DNA of 64,000 nt from an uncultured virus (IMG/VR IMGVR_UViG_3300005290_000006) (IMGVR_UViG_3300005290_000006:1-64000), one strand, 5' to 3'; shown: positions 9,184 through 19,466, counted from the stretch's first letter. The notes: generated by a model not told the origin, from the letters alone. Made by a program: numbers and translations.

Positions 9184-12100
9184 ATGCGGCTTCTTACGTA
9201 CAGTGAGTTCTTCAAGCTGTTTGTGCAGCGGAAGAAACAAGAGCTGATCGACCCTAACTTCATCGGGGTGAGCGAGATTGTCATGCCGAAGATGGCTGTG
9301 GTGCACTACGTACCTAAGCTGGCTACGGAGTACGGTCCTTCGGTGTCGGAAGCCTTCATCTCCAACTTCCCCGAAAATGTCTTCATCGAGTTCGTTCCAC
9401 GTTTCACCCCGGTCATGGGTCATGGTCGTGTGCTGGCTTTCGACGTCAAGAAAGCTATCCAGTCCTATCGGGCTAGCCATTACACCTACAACTGGACCAA
9501 GGACATCAACACGGTTTACCGCCGGGCTGATGCGCTGATTGTTAAGAACTACGGGATCGCAGACAAGACCTGGGCGCAGCGTGCCGCTACCTTCGTTAAC
9601 TTCGAGGTTCACTACAACCGTCTGAACATGCTGATGGAAGGTGTGAACACGGAAGCAGAGAAGGCGACACGGAAGCAGTTCTTGCGGCTGGAACTGCCGA
9701 TCAACATTCCACCTTACAAAGAGTTGATGGTCGACTATGAAAAGTATATCGGAAGCTTTAAAGAAGGCCTTCCAGTTCCTTCTAACCAATCTCTTCGGGT
9801 AACCAAGGGTGAGGGTTCGTACTGGCTGCTGGATTTGCTGGCGTTCCTGTTGGGTGATTACGAGTACAGTCAGTTCAACAAGCTGACCGCTCAGGCGCAG
9901 GAAGACCTTCACTGGATCTTCACCGCCAACAGCAAAGCGTTGATCATCAACGTCAAGACGATCAAGGAATGGCTCGATGAGCTAAACCCGAAAGTCAAGG
10001 ATGGCGAGGACAAGCCACACGTCGTCTCGCCTAAGCGCCTTAACGTCACCAAGCGTTTCTACTTGGCACTGATGGGCTTGGTCCGCGGGGTTGCGGCCGA
10101 GAAGGATTTGATTGACGAGGAGAAGAGCGATGGAACAGGAGGAGCAGGAAACTCCGCCAAAGAAGACGACTCTTCAGTGGTTGAAGGAAAGGCGGGAACT
10201 GCGAAAGGGCAAGGACGAGCATCCGGTAACGGAAAAGCAACCTCGGCTACTGGCAAAGATGAGCTTGTGGATGATTATTCTGATGATCGCAGCCTCGTTG
10301 ATGTTTTCAGCAGTAACAAGGGAAACAACGACCCACTGGTGGAGGGGGCACGAGACGAGGGAGAACATACTCCTGATGAAGTTGCTGGGGACTGGACATC
10401 CGCGGTAGACGACTCGTTGCTGGAGGTTGAAACCACCACGGTTGAAATCAGCACCAAGAAGGATGCTTTCCCTACTCCTGAAAGCGGCATCCTGGCAGCA
10501 CTGGAAGAACGTGCAGCGGAAGGTCGCCTGAGTGTCGCAGAACAGAACTTGTTCATGCGCAAAGGCATGCGTTATCAGAGCATTGAAATGCCTAACGGTC
10601 AATCGTTGGGTGAGTTCATGCAGATCTCTCCTGAGGAGATCAACAGTCTGGATGGCAAGATCGAAGCAAACTTCATCACAGTCCTTGATGAGAGTATGTT
10701 GCGTAGCCGTTCGGCTGTTCTGAAGCAAGATTACGCCCAGCGCTTCCTGCACAAAGATATCGCCAAGATGGTGGTCGGTATCCAGAACGCGGGTATCGCG
10801 GTATCAGATTATCGCCCGGACATCATCTCGGGTGTGGAAGGTTCGTACGACGTTCTCAACATCCAGCTCCATCCGGTTGATGGTAGCCAGAGCACGCACC
10901 AGATTCGTCTGCCGCGGGTTCAGAAGGATGCGACGTTTACTGTGGACGGCGTTAAGCAACACATGCAGCTGCAACGCATGGAACTGCCGATCCGCAAGAT
11001 CAACGCTTTCAAGGTTGCTTTGACCAGCTACTATGACCGCAAGCTCATGGTGCTGCGCAGTCAGAAGGTGGTGGACGATTACGGTCTGTGGCTGGTTAAA
11101 CAGATTCGTAACCGGGGTGAACGAAGAGAGGGTGTGATTCCTCCTTTGGTCTACAGCCTGGGTACAGGGTACAACCCTGAATACGTTTCTCCGCGTATCT
11201 ACAGCATTCTGGCGAAGAAGTTCAAGCACATTACCGTGACGGGCTTTGGGCAGCTGAATTTCCAGATTGACGAGTTGCTCGACAAGTACCCTGAGTACAA
11301 GCGCTACACCAAGAAAGATGCATTCCTGGTGGGCGTTAAAGATGGTCAGCCTCTGACGATCGATGGGTTCGGTAACCTCTTCCAAGGGGACACCGAAGTC
11401 GGTACGGTAGAAAGCCTGATGGGGATTAACCTGTCACGCGCACCTATCGAGTATGCGGTGATCAACATCAGCGGGTATTACTTCCCGATTGGTGTGGTGC
11501 TCTGCTACTACTTCGGTATCGACAAACTGATCCAGGTCACCAAGGCTACCACTCGCACCGTTCCAATGGGCACTAAGCCTAAGCTCGGTGAAGATGAGTA
11601 CGCCATTGCGTTCAACGACGAGTACCTGATCTTCAACCGTCGTGAGAAGTTGGCCAGCCTGATCTTCGGTGGTATGCCTAAGCTGAACAACATCGGTAAC
11701 TTCAGCCGTGTCGATCTCAACGAGAAAGGCATCTGGGTTCCGTTGATGGGCGACCCTAAGGTTAAGCCTCAGCAGTTCAAAGAAATGAAGAACCTGTTCG
11801 ACCTCTTCATTGACCCGGTCACCAAGGAAGAACTGGCGAAGATGGGTCACGCTACATCGTTCCACTACCTGTTGATCGATGCGGTGAAAATGCTGGAAAC
11901 GGATTACACCCGGCATGAAGTGGAGTTGGAAGAACAGCGTATCGTGGGCTACGAACGTTTTGCTGGTCACGTGTACCGGGAGCTGGTGAAAGCCATCCGT
12001 CAATACCGGAACAAAGGCAAAGAGCGTAAGCACACGATCGACATCAACCCTGAAGCGGTGATCCTCAACATCATTACCGATACCTCGGTGAACTTGGTGG

Positions 12101-13512
12101 AGGAGGTTAACCCAATCCACCAGTTGAAGGATCAGGAGGAAGTAACCTTCGGCGGTGTGGGTGGTCGTAGCGAAATCACGATGGTCAAGCGGGCACGTCA
12201 GCAGTTGGAAAGCTACCGGGGCAAGATCTCGGAAGCGAACAAGGACAGCGGTAAGGTAGGCTTCGTAACCTATCTGACTTCTGACCCTGGTATCAAAGAC
12301 TTCCGTGGCAACATCGCGGTGGGCGAGAAACCAACCAACGCTGGTCTGGTGTCGGTAACGGGTAACCTGCAATACGGTGTGGGTCACGATGACTCGAAAC
12401 GCTCTGTCTTTACCTCGACTCAAGCGAGTCAGGCAGTCAGTGCAATGAACTACACCCCAAACATCCTCCGTACAGGCTATGAGAACGTCGTAGCGCACCG
12501 TACGTCCGAACTGTACAGCAAGGTAGCCGCTGAAGCAGGCAAGGTCACTGAAGTGTCTGACGACGCTCTGCGGGTGACTTATAAGGACGGCACCACTGAC
12601 GTCTACCCTCTGGGGTTGGCAATCGGTGAGGCCAGCGGTGAGTACCATCGGCACACACGCGTTACCGACTTGAAACCCGGTGACACCTTTAATAAGGGTG
12701 ATGTGATCGGTTGGGATGTACAGTGGTTTGCTCGTGATCCGTTCTGCCCAGGTCAGGTGGCGTGGAAGGCAGGTCGCATGGTGCGGATTGCCTTGGTAGA
12801 AGATCAGGACGTGTACGAGGATAGCTTGGCTATCGCGCATTCATTGGCGATGGAAGGGGTTACTCCGTACATCAAGCCGAAGCGTTTTGCGATCGATGTG
12901 AATCAGAACATCGAGATGATGGTGAAAGAGGGTGATTCCGTTGACTACGACTCGATTTTATGCAACGTTGAAGACGACCATTTGGTCGCGGATACTGCTG
13001 AAAGCGCAATCGCAGCCGAGGTGAACAAACTGGGCATCCGTCAGGTTCGCTCCAGCCACCATGGCAAGGTCATCAAAATCGAAGTGGTGTACAACTCGCC
13101 GCTCGAGGAAATGTCGGACAGCGTTCGGAAGTTTATCAACGCTCAAGACAAAACCCGCAAGAAGAAAGCCGACATCGAAGGGTCCGATGTAACCAAGGGG
13201 GCTGTGTCCAACAGCCTGAACGTGAACAAGCCGATTCTGTCGCCTGGTAAAGCGTTCGTCACCATCCTGGTTGAATCGATGGACCCAAGCACCAACGCTG
13301 ACAAATATGTTCTCGCTAACCAGATGAAGGGCACAGTGGGTCGCATCATGCACAAACCCCTGATGACCGAAGATGGTCGAGAAGTCCTGATCAAGTCCAG
13401 CCTTAAAGGTATGTTTAACCGCATGGTACTGAGCTTCCGTAACAAGCTGGTAAGTTGTGAGCTCACTATCGCGGTGTCTAAACAGGCCATCGCCATTTAT
13501 CGAGGTAAGTAA
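9184..13512 (+). CDS. Virion RNA polymerase beta subunit (phiKZ gp178-like), 1442 aa
   Basis: beta-like motifs: ISEANKDSGKVG, HDDSKRSVFTSTQASQA, YEDS, DKYVLANQMKGTV; synteny. Confidence 0.9.
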   Translation: MRLLTYSEFFKLFVQRKKQELIDPNFIGVSEIVMPKMAVVHYVPKLATEYGPSVSEAFISNFPENVFIEFVPRFTPVMGHGRVLAFDVKKAIQSYRASHYTYNWTKDINTVYRRADALIVKNYGIADKTWAQRAATFVNFEVHYNRLNMLMEGVNTEAEKATRKQFLRLELPINIPPYKELMVDYEKYIGSFKEGLPVPSNQSLRVTKGEGSYWLLDLLAFLLGDYEYSQFNKLTAQAQEDLHWIFTANSKALIINVKTIKEWLDELNPKVKDGEDKPHVVSPKRLNVTKRFYLALMGLVRGVAAEKDLIDEEKSDGTGGAGNSAKEDDSSVVEGKAGTAKGQGRASGNGKATSATGKDELVDDYSDDRSLVDVFSSNKGNNDPLVEGARDEGEHTPDEVAGDWTSAVDDSLLEVETTTVEISTKKDAFPTPESGILAALEERAAEGRLSVAEQNLFMRKGMRYQSIEMPNGQSLGEFMQISPEEINSLDGKIEANFITVLDESMLRSRSAVLKQDYAQRFLHKDIAKMVVGIQNAGIAVSDYRPDIISGVEGSYDVLNIQLHPVDGSQSTHQIRLPRVQKDATFTVDGVKQHMQLQRMELPIRKINAFKVALTSYYDRKLMVLRSQKVVDDYGLWLVKQIRNRGERREGVIPPLVYSLGTGYNPEYVSPRIYSILAKKFKHITVTGFGQLNFQIDELLDKYPEYKRYTKKDAFLVGVKDGQPLTIDGFGNLFQGDTEVGTVESLMGINLSRAPIEYAVINISGYYFPIGVVLCYYFGIDKLIQVTKATTRTVPMGTKPKLGEDEYAIAFNDEYLIFNRREKLASLIFGGMPKLNNIGNFSRVDLNEKGIWVPLMGDPKVKPQQFKEMKNLFDLFIDPVTKEELAKMGHATSFHYLLIDAVKMLETDYTRHEVELEEQRIVGYERFAGHVYRELVKAIRQYRNKGKERKHTIDINPEAVILNIITDTSVNLVEEVNPIHQLKDQEEVTFGGVGGRSEITMVKRARQQLESYRGKISEANKDSGKVGFVTYLTSDPGIKDFRGNIAVGEKPTNAGLVSVTGNLQYGVGHDDSKRSVFTSTQASQAVSAMNYTPNILRTGYENVVAHRTSELYSKVAAEAGKVTEVSDDALRVTYKDGTTDVYPLGLAIGEASGEYHRHTRVTDLKPGDTFNKGDVIGWDVQWFARDPFCPGQVAWKAGRMVRIALVEDQDVYEDSLAIAHSLAMEGVTPYIKPKRFAIDVNQNIEMMVKEGDSVDYDSILCNVEDDHLVADTAESAIAAEVNKLGIRQVRSSHHGKVIKIEVVYNSPLEEMSDSVRKFINAQDKTRKKKADIEGSDVTKGAVSNSLNVNKPILSPGKAFVTILVESMDPSTNADKYVLANQMKGTVGRIMHKPLMTEDGREVLIKSSLKGMFNRMVLSFRNKLVSCELTIAVSKQAIAIYRGK
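10130..10408 (+). CDS. Candidate overprinted (+1 frame) 92-aa single-pass membrane protein nested in the RNAP beta gene
   Basis: GAGGAG SD 7 nt before ATG; 19-aa hydrophobic segment MSLWMIILMIAASLMFSAV after a basic N-terminus; the host frame here is a low-complexity linker with atypical codons. Confidence 0.55.
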   Translation: MEQEEQETPPKKTTLQWLKERRELRKGKDEHPVTEKQPRLLAKMSLWMIILMIAASLMFSAVTRETTTHWWRGHETRENILLMKLLGTGHPR

Positions 13513-13514
13513 CC

Positions 13515-14408
13515 ATGAACTACAGAAACTTCAACGGCATTCGCGATGTCCAAGTGATGTTGAAAGAAACCGGTCTTTACACTTCGTCCATTGATGGTAA
13601 GTGGGGAAGCGGCAGTTTGAACGCATCCATCTCTCTGGTGTCTGCGTATTTCCGCCAAGCGACCGGTCAGCCTCTGCCCAACATCCCGGCTTCGACTGTA
13701 CCGGGGGACGAGATGGCGCAAGTCATCGTTAAGCTCCAGGACCTGTTGAAAGCCGCCGGTCTGTATGACGGTAAAGTGGACGCTACCTACGGCATCGGTA
13801 CCAAGTCTGGTTTCCGTAAAGCCGCAGATGCCTACATCTTGGCTAACCGCCTGCCTCGTTATAAGGCTGCGTGGAGTGTCGTGGTGTCGAAGGAGTTTCT
13901 GGATGCGGTCATCGCGGGTTGCAAAGCCCGCAACTGGCCTGCTGAAGCGGTTGATTGGCTGATGTCCTGCATGCACTTCGAAAGCGGCGGGACGTTTAGC
14001 CCAACCAAACAGAACATGGCAGGCGCCAAGTACTTCGGGCTGATTCAGTTCGGTGACATGGCTGCTGCGGATCTCGGTACGACCACTGCTGAGCTGATCA
14101 AGTTGTCGCAGCTGGAGCAACTCAAGTGGGTCTTCAAGTACTTCGACATGTGGGCGAAGCGCGGCAAGACTTACACCCAGCTGGAAGACTTCTACCTCAC
14201 GATCTTTTACCCGAAAGCGGTGGGTGCGAAAGCCGACACTGTTATCTTCCGTAAGGACGTTGAAGCCGAGAAGAAGGGTTACGCCCAGAACAACGGCTTC
14301 GACTACAACAAGGACGGGGCGATCACCGTGGGCGAGATCAACTCCCGCCTGTACGACGTTTACTACAAAGGCATGGACACTGTGAATCGTGTTCTTGCTG
14401 CGGCTTAA
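13515..14408 (+). CDS. Modular endolysin: two N-terminal peptidoglycan-binding repeats plus a lysozyme-like/SLT catalytic domain (EL188-like)
   Basis: VQVMLKETGLY..IDGKWG and LQDLLKAAGLY.GKVDATYG..T repeats; catalytic MHFESGGTFSP...GLIQF; DYNKDGAIT motif. Confidence 0.88.
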   Translation: MNYRNFNGIRDVQVMLKETGLYTSSIDGKWGSGSLNASISLVSAYFRQATGQPLPNIPASTVPGDEMAQVIVKLQDLLKAAGLYDGKVDATYGIGTKSGFRKAADAYILANRLPRYKAAWSVVVSKEFLDAVIAGCKARNWPAEAVDWLMSCMHFESGGTFSPTKQNMAGAKYFGLIQFGDMAAADLGTTTAELIKLSQLEQLKWVFKYFDMWAKRGKTYTQLEDFYLTIFYPKAVGAKADTVIFRKDVEAEKKGYAQNNGFDYNKDGAITVGEINSRLYDVYYKGMDTVNRVLAAA

Positions 14409-14438
14409 CTTCATTCTTCTGTCAAGGGTACGTTCATC

Positions 14439-14612
14439 ATGAACCAACAGACTTTCATTCAAGACACGGTGACTATCGCTAACACGGTAGAACTGGTGAA
14501 AAGCACTATCGACAAGGTTGGGTTGGAGTTCATCGCTCCGTTGGACCCGGCTATCCAGGACGAACACATCAGCAAGGCCATCACCGCTGCTGTGAAAGGG
14601 GAAGCGCAATGA
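14439..14612 (+). CDS. Small hypothetical protein, 57 aa (not in ORF track)
   Basis: MNQQTFIQDTVTIANTVELVKSTIDKVGLEFIAPLDPAIQDEHISKAITAAVKGEAQ; typical codon usage; TGA overlaps the next ATG (ATGA). Confidence 0.7.
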   Translation: MNQQTFIQDTVTIANTVELVKSTIDKVGLEFIAPLDPAIQDEHISKAITAAVKGEAQ

Positions 14613-16156
14613 TTCGAGCATCCAGTGTTGCCATCGCTGAAGCCATCGCTGTAGCGGTCAACAGCGACACCCCTGTCAAGGCCAAAGACTTGGTGGCGGG
14701 TCTGAACGAACAGAGCTACGGTTCTGCTGCTTACGGCGCTGATTTCCGTGACGAGATCGTTCGCGTTACCACCCACACCACCGCGCACTCCGCTGTTAAG
14801 GAAGCCACCAGTGATGCACTGGCTGCGACCATCCGCGGTGCGTTCGACACCATCAAGAACTACGGCGTGCCTTTCGCGAAAGCACTGAGCGCCGAGATCG
14901 GTATGTTGTATACCTCCGATCGTCTGCAACAGCTGGCCTTCAGTCAGCTGCGCTACAACTACGTCAACGTCGATGATCCTTTCTTCGACTCGCCGATCTA
15001 CCCGACTGATGTGAAGAACACTTCGCTCGAGTTCACCAGCATTTCGCTGGATGCGCTGAAGCGTTTGGAATTCAACTACGTCTCGGAAGATGACGTGAAA
15101 GAGTTCGTCAACACTCAGCATCCTGATGTTGTCGAGATCATGGAGAACAGTGACTACGACGCCTCGCGCGCCGCCAACAGCATCACTGACTGGTACGACC
15201 TGTGCCAGCTCTTCGCGAACAAGAACGACGTGTTCAACTTCGGCGTGATCAAGAGCCTGGAAATCAACCGTCTGCTCAAGATGTATGTTGTGCTGACCAA
15301 GATGTATGCCCAGGAAGATCCGGTCAAGTGGCTGACCAAAGGTACGCTGGCTGACTACCGTCAGTTCGTGAACCTGCTGTGGAACGGCATGACCCGTTAC
15401 CTGCTGGTGCTCAAGCAAGTGGCTAACGCTTATAAACAGCGTGTGGTGGCCTACGCCGAGCTCGAGCCTGTGACCCTGGCTGATCATCAGCACTCCGACT
15501 ACTCGGGCGCTCGCTTCATCTCCGGCAACGTGCAGGTGTTCTACACCAACCAGGCGCTGGCCACTCTGGAATCCAGCGGCGTCAGCTTCAACGAATGGCT
15601 GGTCGCGATCCAGTACGCTCGTTTCAACAAGGTGCAGCTGGAACAAGTGGCTACCTTGGGCGATGCGGCAACCGTCAAGCGTTGGGCCGGTGAGTACTAC
15701 CAGTCCATCGACACCGCACTGAGCGCCAAAGCCAAAGTCATGTTCGTCAAGACCGCTGCTGCTCGCGCTCTGAAGTTCCTGGGCGAGACCCCGCTGTTGA
15801 ACGAACGCATCCGTGCTGTGTGCCCACAAGGCGTGCTGGTTCAGGATTGGTTCGAACAGAGCATGGGTCTGGAATACGAGAAAGCGTATTACGCTGTATC
15901 GAAAGCCCTGGCCGCTCACAGCGACAACGGCGCGACCCTGGACTCCGGTGTGGGTGACGGCGTGGTGATCCATGCGCTGATGGGTGGTTCTTTGGTTCCT
16001 GTGTTCCTGCGGGCTCTGAAGTGCAACCTGGCGGCCGAGATCGTTGAAGCCACCTACGTGTCGGTAGAACTGAACGACGACATCGTGGCGAAGCGTCAGC
16101 GCCTCCACAAGTCCCTGATCAAGCTGATCGTCAAAAACTCCATCGGCGGGAAGTAA
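14609..16156 (+). CDS. Conserved phiKZ-like protein, probably virion-associated (gp177-like by synteny), 515 aa
   Basis: Long ORF with strong codon bias, lying between RNAP beta and the protease. Confidence 0.6.
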   Translation: MIRASSVAIAEAIAVAVNSDTPVKAKDLVAGLNEQSYGSAAYGADFRDEIVRVTTHTTAHSAVKEATSDALAATIRGAFDTIKNYGVPFAKALSAEIGMLYTSDRLQQLAFSQLRYNYVNVDDPFFDSPIYPTDVKNTSLEFTSISLDALKRLEFNYVSEDDVKEFVNTQHPDVVEIMENSDYDASRAANSITDWYDLCQLFANKNDVFNFGVIKSLEINRLLKMYVVLTKMYAQEDPVKWLTKGTLADYRQFVNLLWNGMTRYLLVLKQVANAYKQRVVAYAELEPVTLADHQHSDYSGARFISGNVQVFYTNQALATLESSGVSFNEWLVAIQYARFNKVQLEQVATLGDAATVKRWAGEYYQSIDTALSAKAKVMFVKTAAARALKFLGETPLLNERIRAVCPQGVLVQDWFEQSMGLEYEKAYYAVSKALAAHSDNGATLDSGVGDGVVIHALMGGSLVPVFLRALKCNLAAEIVEATYVSVELNDDIVAKRQRLHKSLIKLIVKNSIGGK

Positions 16157-16162
16157 TAAGCC

Positions 16163-16888
16163 ATGGATATCAGCCACCTGGTCAGAAACGATACCAAAAT
16201 TCACAACGCCTACACCGTTCTTGAAGATGGTTCTGTTGTAGCGAACCGTCCGATGGAAATTCACCTGCCTAAACGGTTTGTGGAAAACGGGATGGCTGTT
16301 GTGAGTGAGACGGTTTGGACTTCGGCTGTGCTGGGGCTGGTCATTCCGGGGGAGTGTTACGCTCCCCTGTTGGCTTTGGTTGACATCACCTTGGTGCCTC
16401 TCAGCATCCGTGAAGCAGCTATTGACGGGGTTCAGTACCTCATCCTCGAGTTCGGTAAGGGCGATACCCTGATCGAGAACCTGGACGTGTTGCAGGACCC
16501 CAACAAGCCTCACCAGTATTACCTGGAGTTCAACCTGTACTCCAAAAAGCCTTGGTACATGAACAAGGATGACCTGACTTCCCTTTATGACTACGCCGAG
16601 TACGAGTGTGGCGGTAAGGTGGGTAGCAGCCCTCAAGTAATGCGCGTATTCAACTCGTTGCAGTTTCGGGATCCTGATAACCTGGATGTCGCTTACCGGC
16701 ACAGCAAAGCCATGCTGGAAGGTCGGCCTCCGGTGATCGTGGGTCTCAACAACTCGGCGATGTTGATTGACGGTACCATCCCTAAACTGTTGGGCGGGTA
16801 TCTTCAGGACAACACCCTGGCAGCTATCGTTAACCCTGATACCAAAGTCACCGATCTGGAAGAGATCATCAAAGGGGTTCCAAAATGA
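16163..16888 (+). CDS. Conserved phiKZ-like virion protein (gp176-like by synteny; possibly virion-RNAP associated), 241 aa
   Basis: Directly upstream of and translationally coupled to the prohead protease. Confidence 0.55.
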   Translation: MDISHLVRNDTKIHNAYTVLEDGSVVANRPMEIHLPKRFVENGMAVVSETVWTSAVLGLVIPGECYAPLLALVDITLVPLSIREAAIDGVQYLILEFGKGDTLIENLDVLQDPNKPHQYYLEFNLYSKKPWYMNKDDLTSLYDYAEYECGGKVGSSPQVMRVFNSLQFRDPDNLDVAYRHSKAMLEGRPPVIVGLNNSAMLIDGTIPKLLGGYLQDNTLAAIVNPDTKVTDLEEIIKGVPK

Positions 16889-17733
16889 GTCAGATCGTTA
16901 CCTTCGGGAACGTCATCCTCGCCGACACTGGCAAGCGTGGCATTCTCAAACCCATGTCCGATAACTCGGGCTACTGGCGAATGAACGCAGGCGGTTTCAA
17001 CATTCCGAACCGCAGCGGCATCGTTTACCGGATGAACGAGTACTTGAAGGAGTGTATGTCTCCTGAGAGTGACCTGAACCGTCGCGTTAGCGAAGGCCAG
17101 GTGTTTTGTGAGCTGGGGCACCCTCCTCAGTATTTCCTCGAACGCATCAACGGTCAAGTTGTTCGTACGCAGATCACGGAGGTCTTTCAATGGATCAACC
17201 GTCTGCGTACCATCGAGATGGCCAACGTGTGCGCTCACATCCGGAAGATCCACTGGGTCCTCACCGGGCGTGATACCGATCCGATCTACAACGAAGTCGA
17301 GCTGAAGCCATTCGGTCCTTACAAGGATTGGACGGATGACGCTCTGACCAACCCGGACATCAACTTTGCCATCAGTCTGCGTTCGGTTACCAAACCGCAG
17401 AAAATGGGTGACATGATTCGTGAAGTGGAATACCACAGCACTTATGACGTCGTGGTTGAGCAAGGTGTTCTGCGTGCTTGCAAGCACCTGACTGCCGGTC
17501 TGGAAAGCTACCTCCAGGAAGTGCAAGGCGCTCCTTTCACCGAGATGTCGACCAGTGTGGATGAAATGATCCACGCTTGCCAAGTCAAGATGAAGGACCC
17601 TGGCGTGATGGCGAAGTACGAAGGCTCGGAAAGCTTCAAGCACGTCAACGAAGTCCTGGCTGTTCTGAGCAAGATGCAAACCAAGCGTCCTGTTCAGCTG
17701 ATCCAGGCAAACTCGCTGGGTGTGTTCGGTTGA
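16885..17733 (+). CDS. Prohead (head maturation) serine protease (phiKZ gp175 / T4 gp21-like)
   Basis: ELGHP, AHIR, KPFGP, ISLRS and TYDVV motifs of prohead core proteases. Confidence 0.88.
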   Translation: MSQIVTFGNVILADTGKRGILKPMSDNSGYWRMNAGGFNIPNRSGIVYRMNEYLKECMSPESDLNRRVSEGQVFCELGHPPQYFLERINGQVVRTQITEVFQWINRLRTIEMANVCAHIRKIHWVLTGRDTDPIYNEVELKPFGPYKDWTDDALTNPDINFAISLRSVTKPQKMGDMIREVEYHSTYDVVVEQGVLRACKHLTAGLESYLQEVQGAPFTEMSTSVDEMIHACQVKMKDPGVMAKYEGSESFKHVNEVLAVLSKMQTKRPVQLIQANSLGVFG

Positions 17734-17745
17734 TACGCCATTAAA

Positions 17746-17786
17746 CTAAGGCCGGTGGGGTGACCCATCGGTCTTAGCTATTTTTA
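17746..17786 (+). terminator. Intrinsic terminator
   Basis: CTAAGGCCGGTGG / CCATCGGTCTTAG stem followed by TATTTTT. Confidence 0.75.
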
Positions 17787-17844
17787 TGTACCGCAGTGTC
17801 TTTTATATTGCCCGACGGGGTAAGACCATTCCTAGGAGAAAAAC

Positions 17845-18849
17845 ATGACCGCAGTTCCACAAGCAAATCTGAACGAGTATCTGGACTACCAGACTTTCAT
17901 CCTTCACATGCGTGATATCGTTTCTAACGCGAAGGTGGTCAAGTCTTTGTTCACTACTTCGGAAGAAGAGTGGGATCGTTCGCGTGACATCGGCACAGGG
18001 AACCACTTTATCCGTGGCGTGTTCCACAGCCCGCAGAAGACCGAGGCGGTAAAGACCTACATCGCCAAGCTGGTCAAGATGCACATGATTTCGCTGGGCA
18101 GTCGTTTGACCGCCTGGACCAAAGACACCGTGGCCGGCGAGAACCCAACCAACATCGCCATCAGCAACCGTATCGCAGCCATCGAGTTCAAGAACAACCG
18201 TGATCTGTTCAAGATCGTGGCCACGCGTCTGATCGGCTTCGACGACATGCTGGTTTCTTTCGCTCTGGAAGAAGACGTCGACGCCAAGGCCAAGCTGTTG
18301 ATGGACTACCTGTCGGCTCGTTTCGACATGTCGGTTAACGGTGAGAAGTCTCACCTGATGTACATCGACCAAACGGTTGACCTGGCCACCCTGCTGAAGA
18401 CCGACGGCTTCACGCCTGAATTCTTCGCTGACCATCTGTACCAAGCGACCAAGTACTTCGAAGCCTTCGGTGGCGGTGTGGTGAACTACTGGGACGTCTT
18501 CGACCTGATGGACGTGGTTGCGCAGGTGAACGCCGAACACGCCAGCAACGCGCTCTACGAAGAGCTGAGCACGGCCAAGGTTGTCATCGACGGCGGTGTA
18601 TCGTCTGCATTCGAGATCGAAATCGACCAGGACGACTCCGACGTGGTTCTCACGCTGGAAATCTGTGTTCAGCATCACGGCGATGTGAACGCAACCTTGC
18701 CGAAGGACATCGAGTACACCAAGGAGATCAAGGACAACATCGAAGAGTTGATCCAGAAATCCAAGTCGCTCGGTAAAACCCTGAAGGTGACCCAGCCGGG
18801 TTCGGACTACTCCTTCGCTGCTCCAATCGAAGTTGAAATGCCGAAGTAA
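17845..18849 (+). CDS. Hypothetical protein, 334 aa
   Basis: AGGAG SD; strong codon bias. Confidence 0.8.
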   Translation: MTAVPQANLNEYLDYQTFILHMRDIVSNAKVVKSLFTTSEEEWDRSRDIGTGNHFIRGVFHSPQKTEAVKTYIAKLVKMHMISLGSRLTAWTKDTVAGENPTNIAISNRIAAIEFKNNRDLFKIVATRLIGFDDMLVSFALEEDVDAKAKLLMDYLSARFDMSVNGEKSHLMYIDQTVDLATLLKTDGFTPEFFADHLYQATKYFEAFGGGVVNYWDVFDLMDVVAQVNAEHASNALYEELSTAKVVIDGGVSSAFEIEIDQDDSDVVLTLEICVQHHGDVNATLPKDIEYTKEIKDNIEELIQKSKSLGKTLKVTQPGSDYSFAAPIEVEMPK

Positions 18850-18857
18850 CACCCGCC

Positions 18858-18890
18858 CCAGCCTGAGTGATTTAACGTTGCTCAGGCTGG
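18858..18890 (+). terminator. Hairpin / probable terminator
   Basis: CCAGCCTGAG / CTCAGGCTGG inverted repeat just after the stop codon. Confidence 0.65.
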
Positions 18891-18894
18891 AATA

Positions 18895-18911
18895 TTTCAA
18901 GCCTATATTAC
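18895..18911 (+). promoter_or_regulatory. phiKZ-type early (virion RNAP) promoter
   Basis: TTTCAAGCCTATATTAC; TATATTAC is the known phiKZ early consensus, and the extended motif recurs at other intergenic sites. Confidence 0.8.
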
Positions 18912-19013
18912 TTTTAGGACAACGCAGGTTAATACCTGGGGAGGAGTGAACACATTCCTTTGTTTGTATCCATTCTTGTATCCTTTCAATGAAAACAAAG
19001 AGGTTAGTTATTT

Positions 19014-19454
19014 ATGTCCGTTAACAAAACTTATGGCGAAACCATGGACCTGGGCGTTAAGGGTCTGATCGAACACAGCAACTACGACAAGGTAACCAAT
19101 CACGCTACGTTCGATGCCAGCAAAGTTGAGTTTCCTGAAGGTGTGACTCCGGAATCCCTGGGTACCCACGTAACCTTCATCAACGACCTCACCGCGCAGG
19201 CTGAAGAAGCCACTGCACAGATCGCACGCGAACAGTTCGGCAACAACGACAAGCTGACCACCATCGACAGCACGTTGGCGTTCGACATGTTCTCCATCAA
19301 CTCCCAGCATCACCTTCGCCAGCAAATCGGCGACGACTTCATCTACGGCGGCGCTACCACGATCGTCGACTACGTTCACACCGACGAACAGGCGACCTGG
19401 CTCAACACCCAGCGCACCGCCAACCAAGAACTTGCTGAAAAGCTGTTCGGTTAA
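19014..19454 (+). CDS. Early, probably highly expressed hypothetical protein, 146 aa
   Basis: Sits alone between an early promoter and a terminator; GAGG SD; strong codon bias. Confidence 0.8.
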   Translation: MSVNKTYGETMDLGVKGLIEHSNYDKVTNHATFDASKVEFPEGVTPESLGTHVTFINDLTAQAEEATAQIAREQFGNNDKLTTIDSTLAFDMFSINSQHHLRQQIGDDFIYGGATTIVDYVHTDEQATWLNTQRTANQELAEKLFG

Positions 19455-19466
19455 TTTGATCTGAAA

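Noticed and set aside
14439..14612. Small ORF after the endolysin as holin or spanin
   Set aside because: No transmembrane segment or lipobox.
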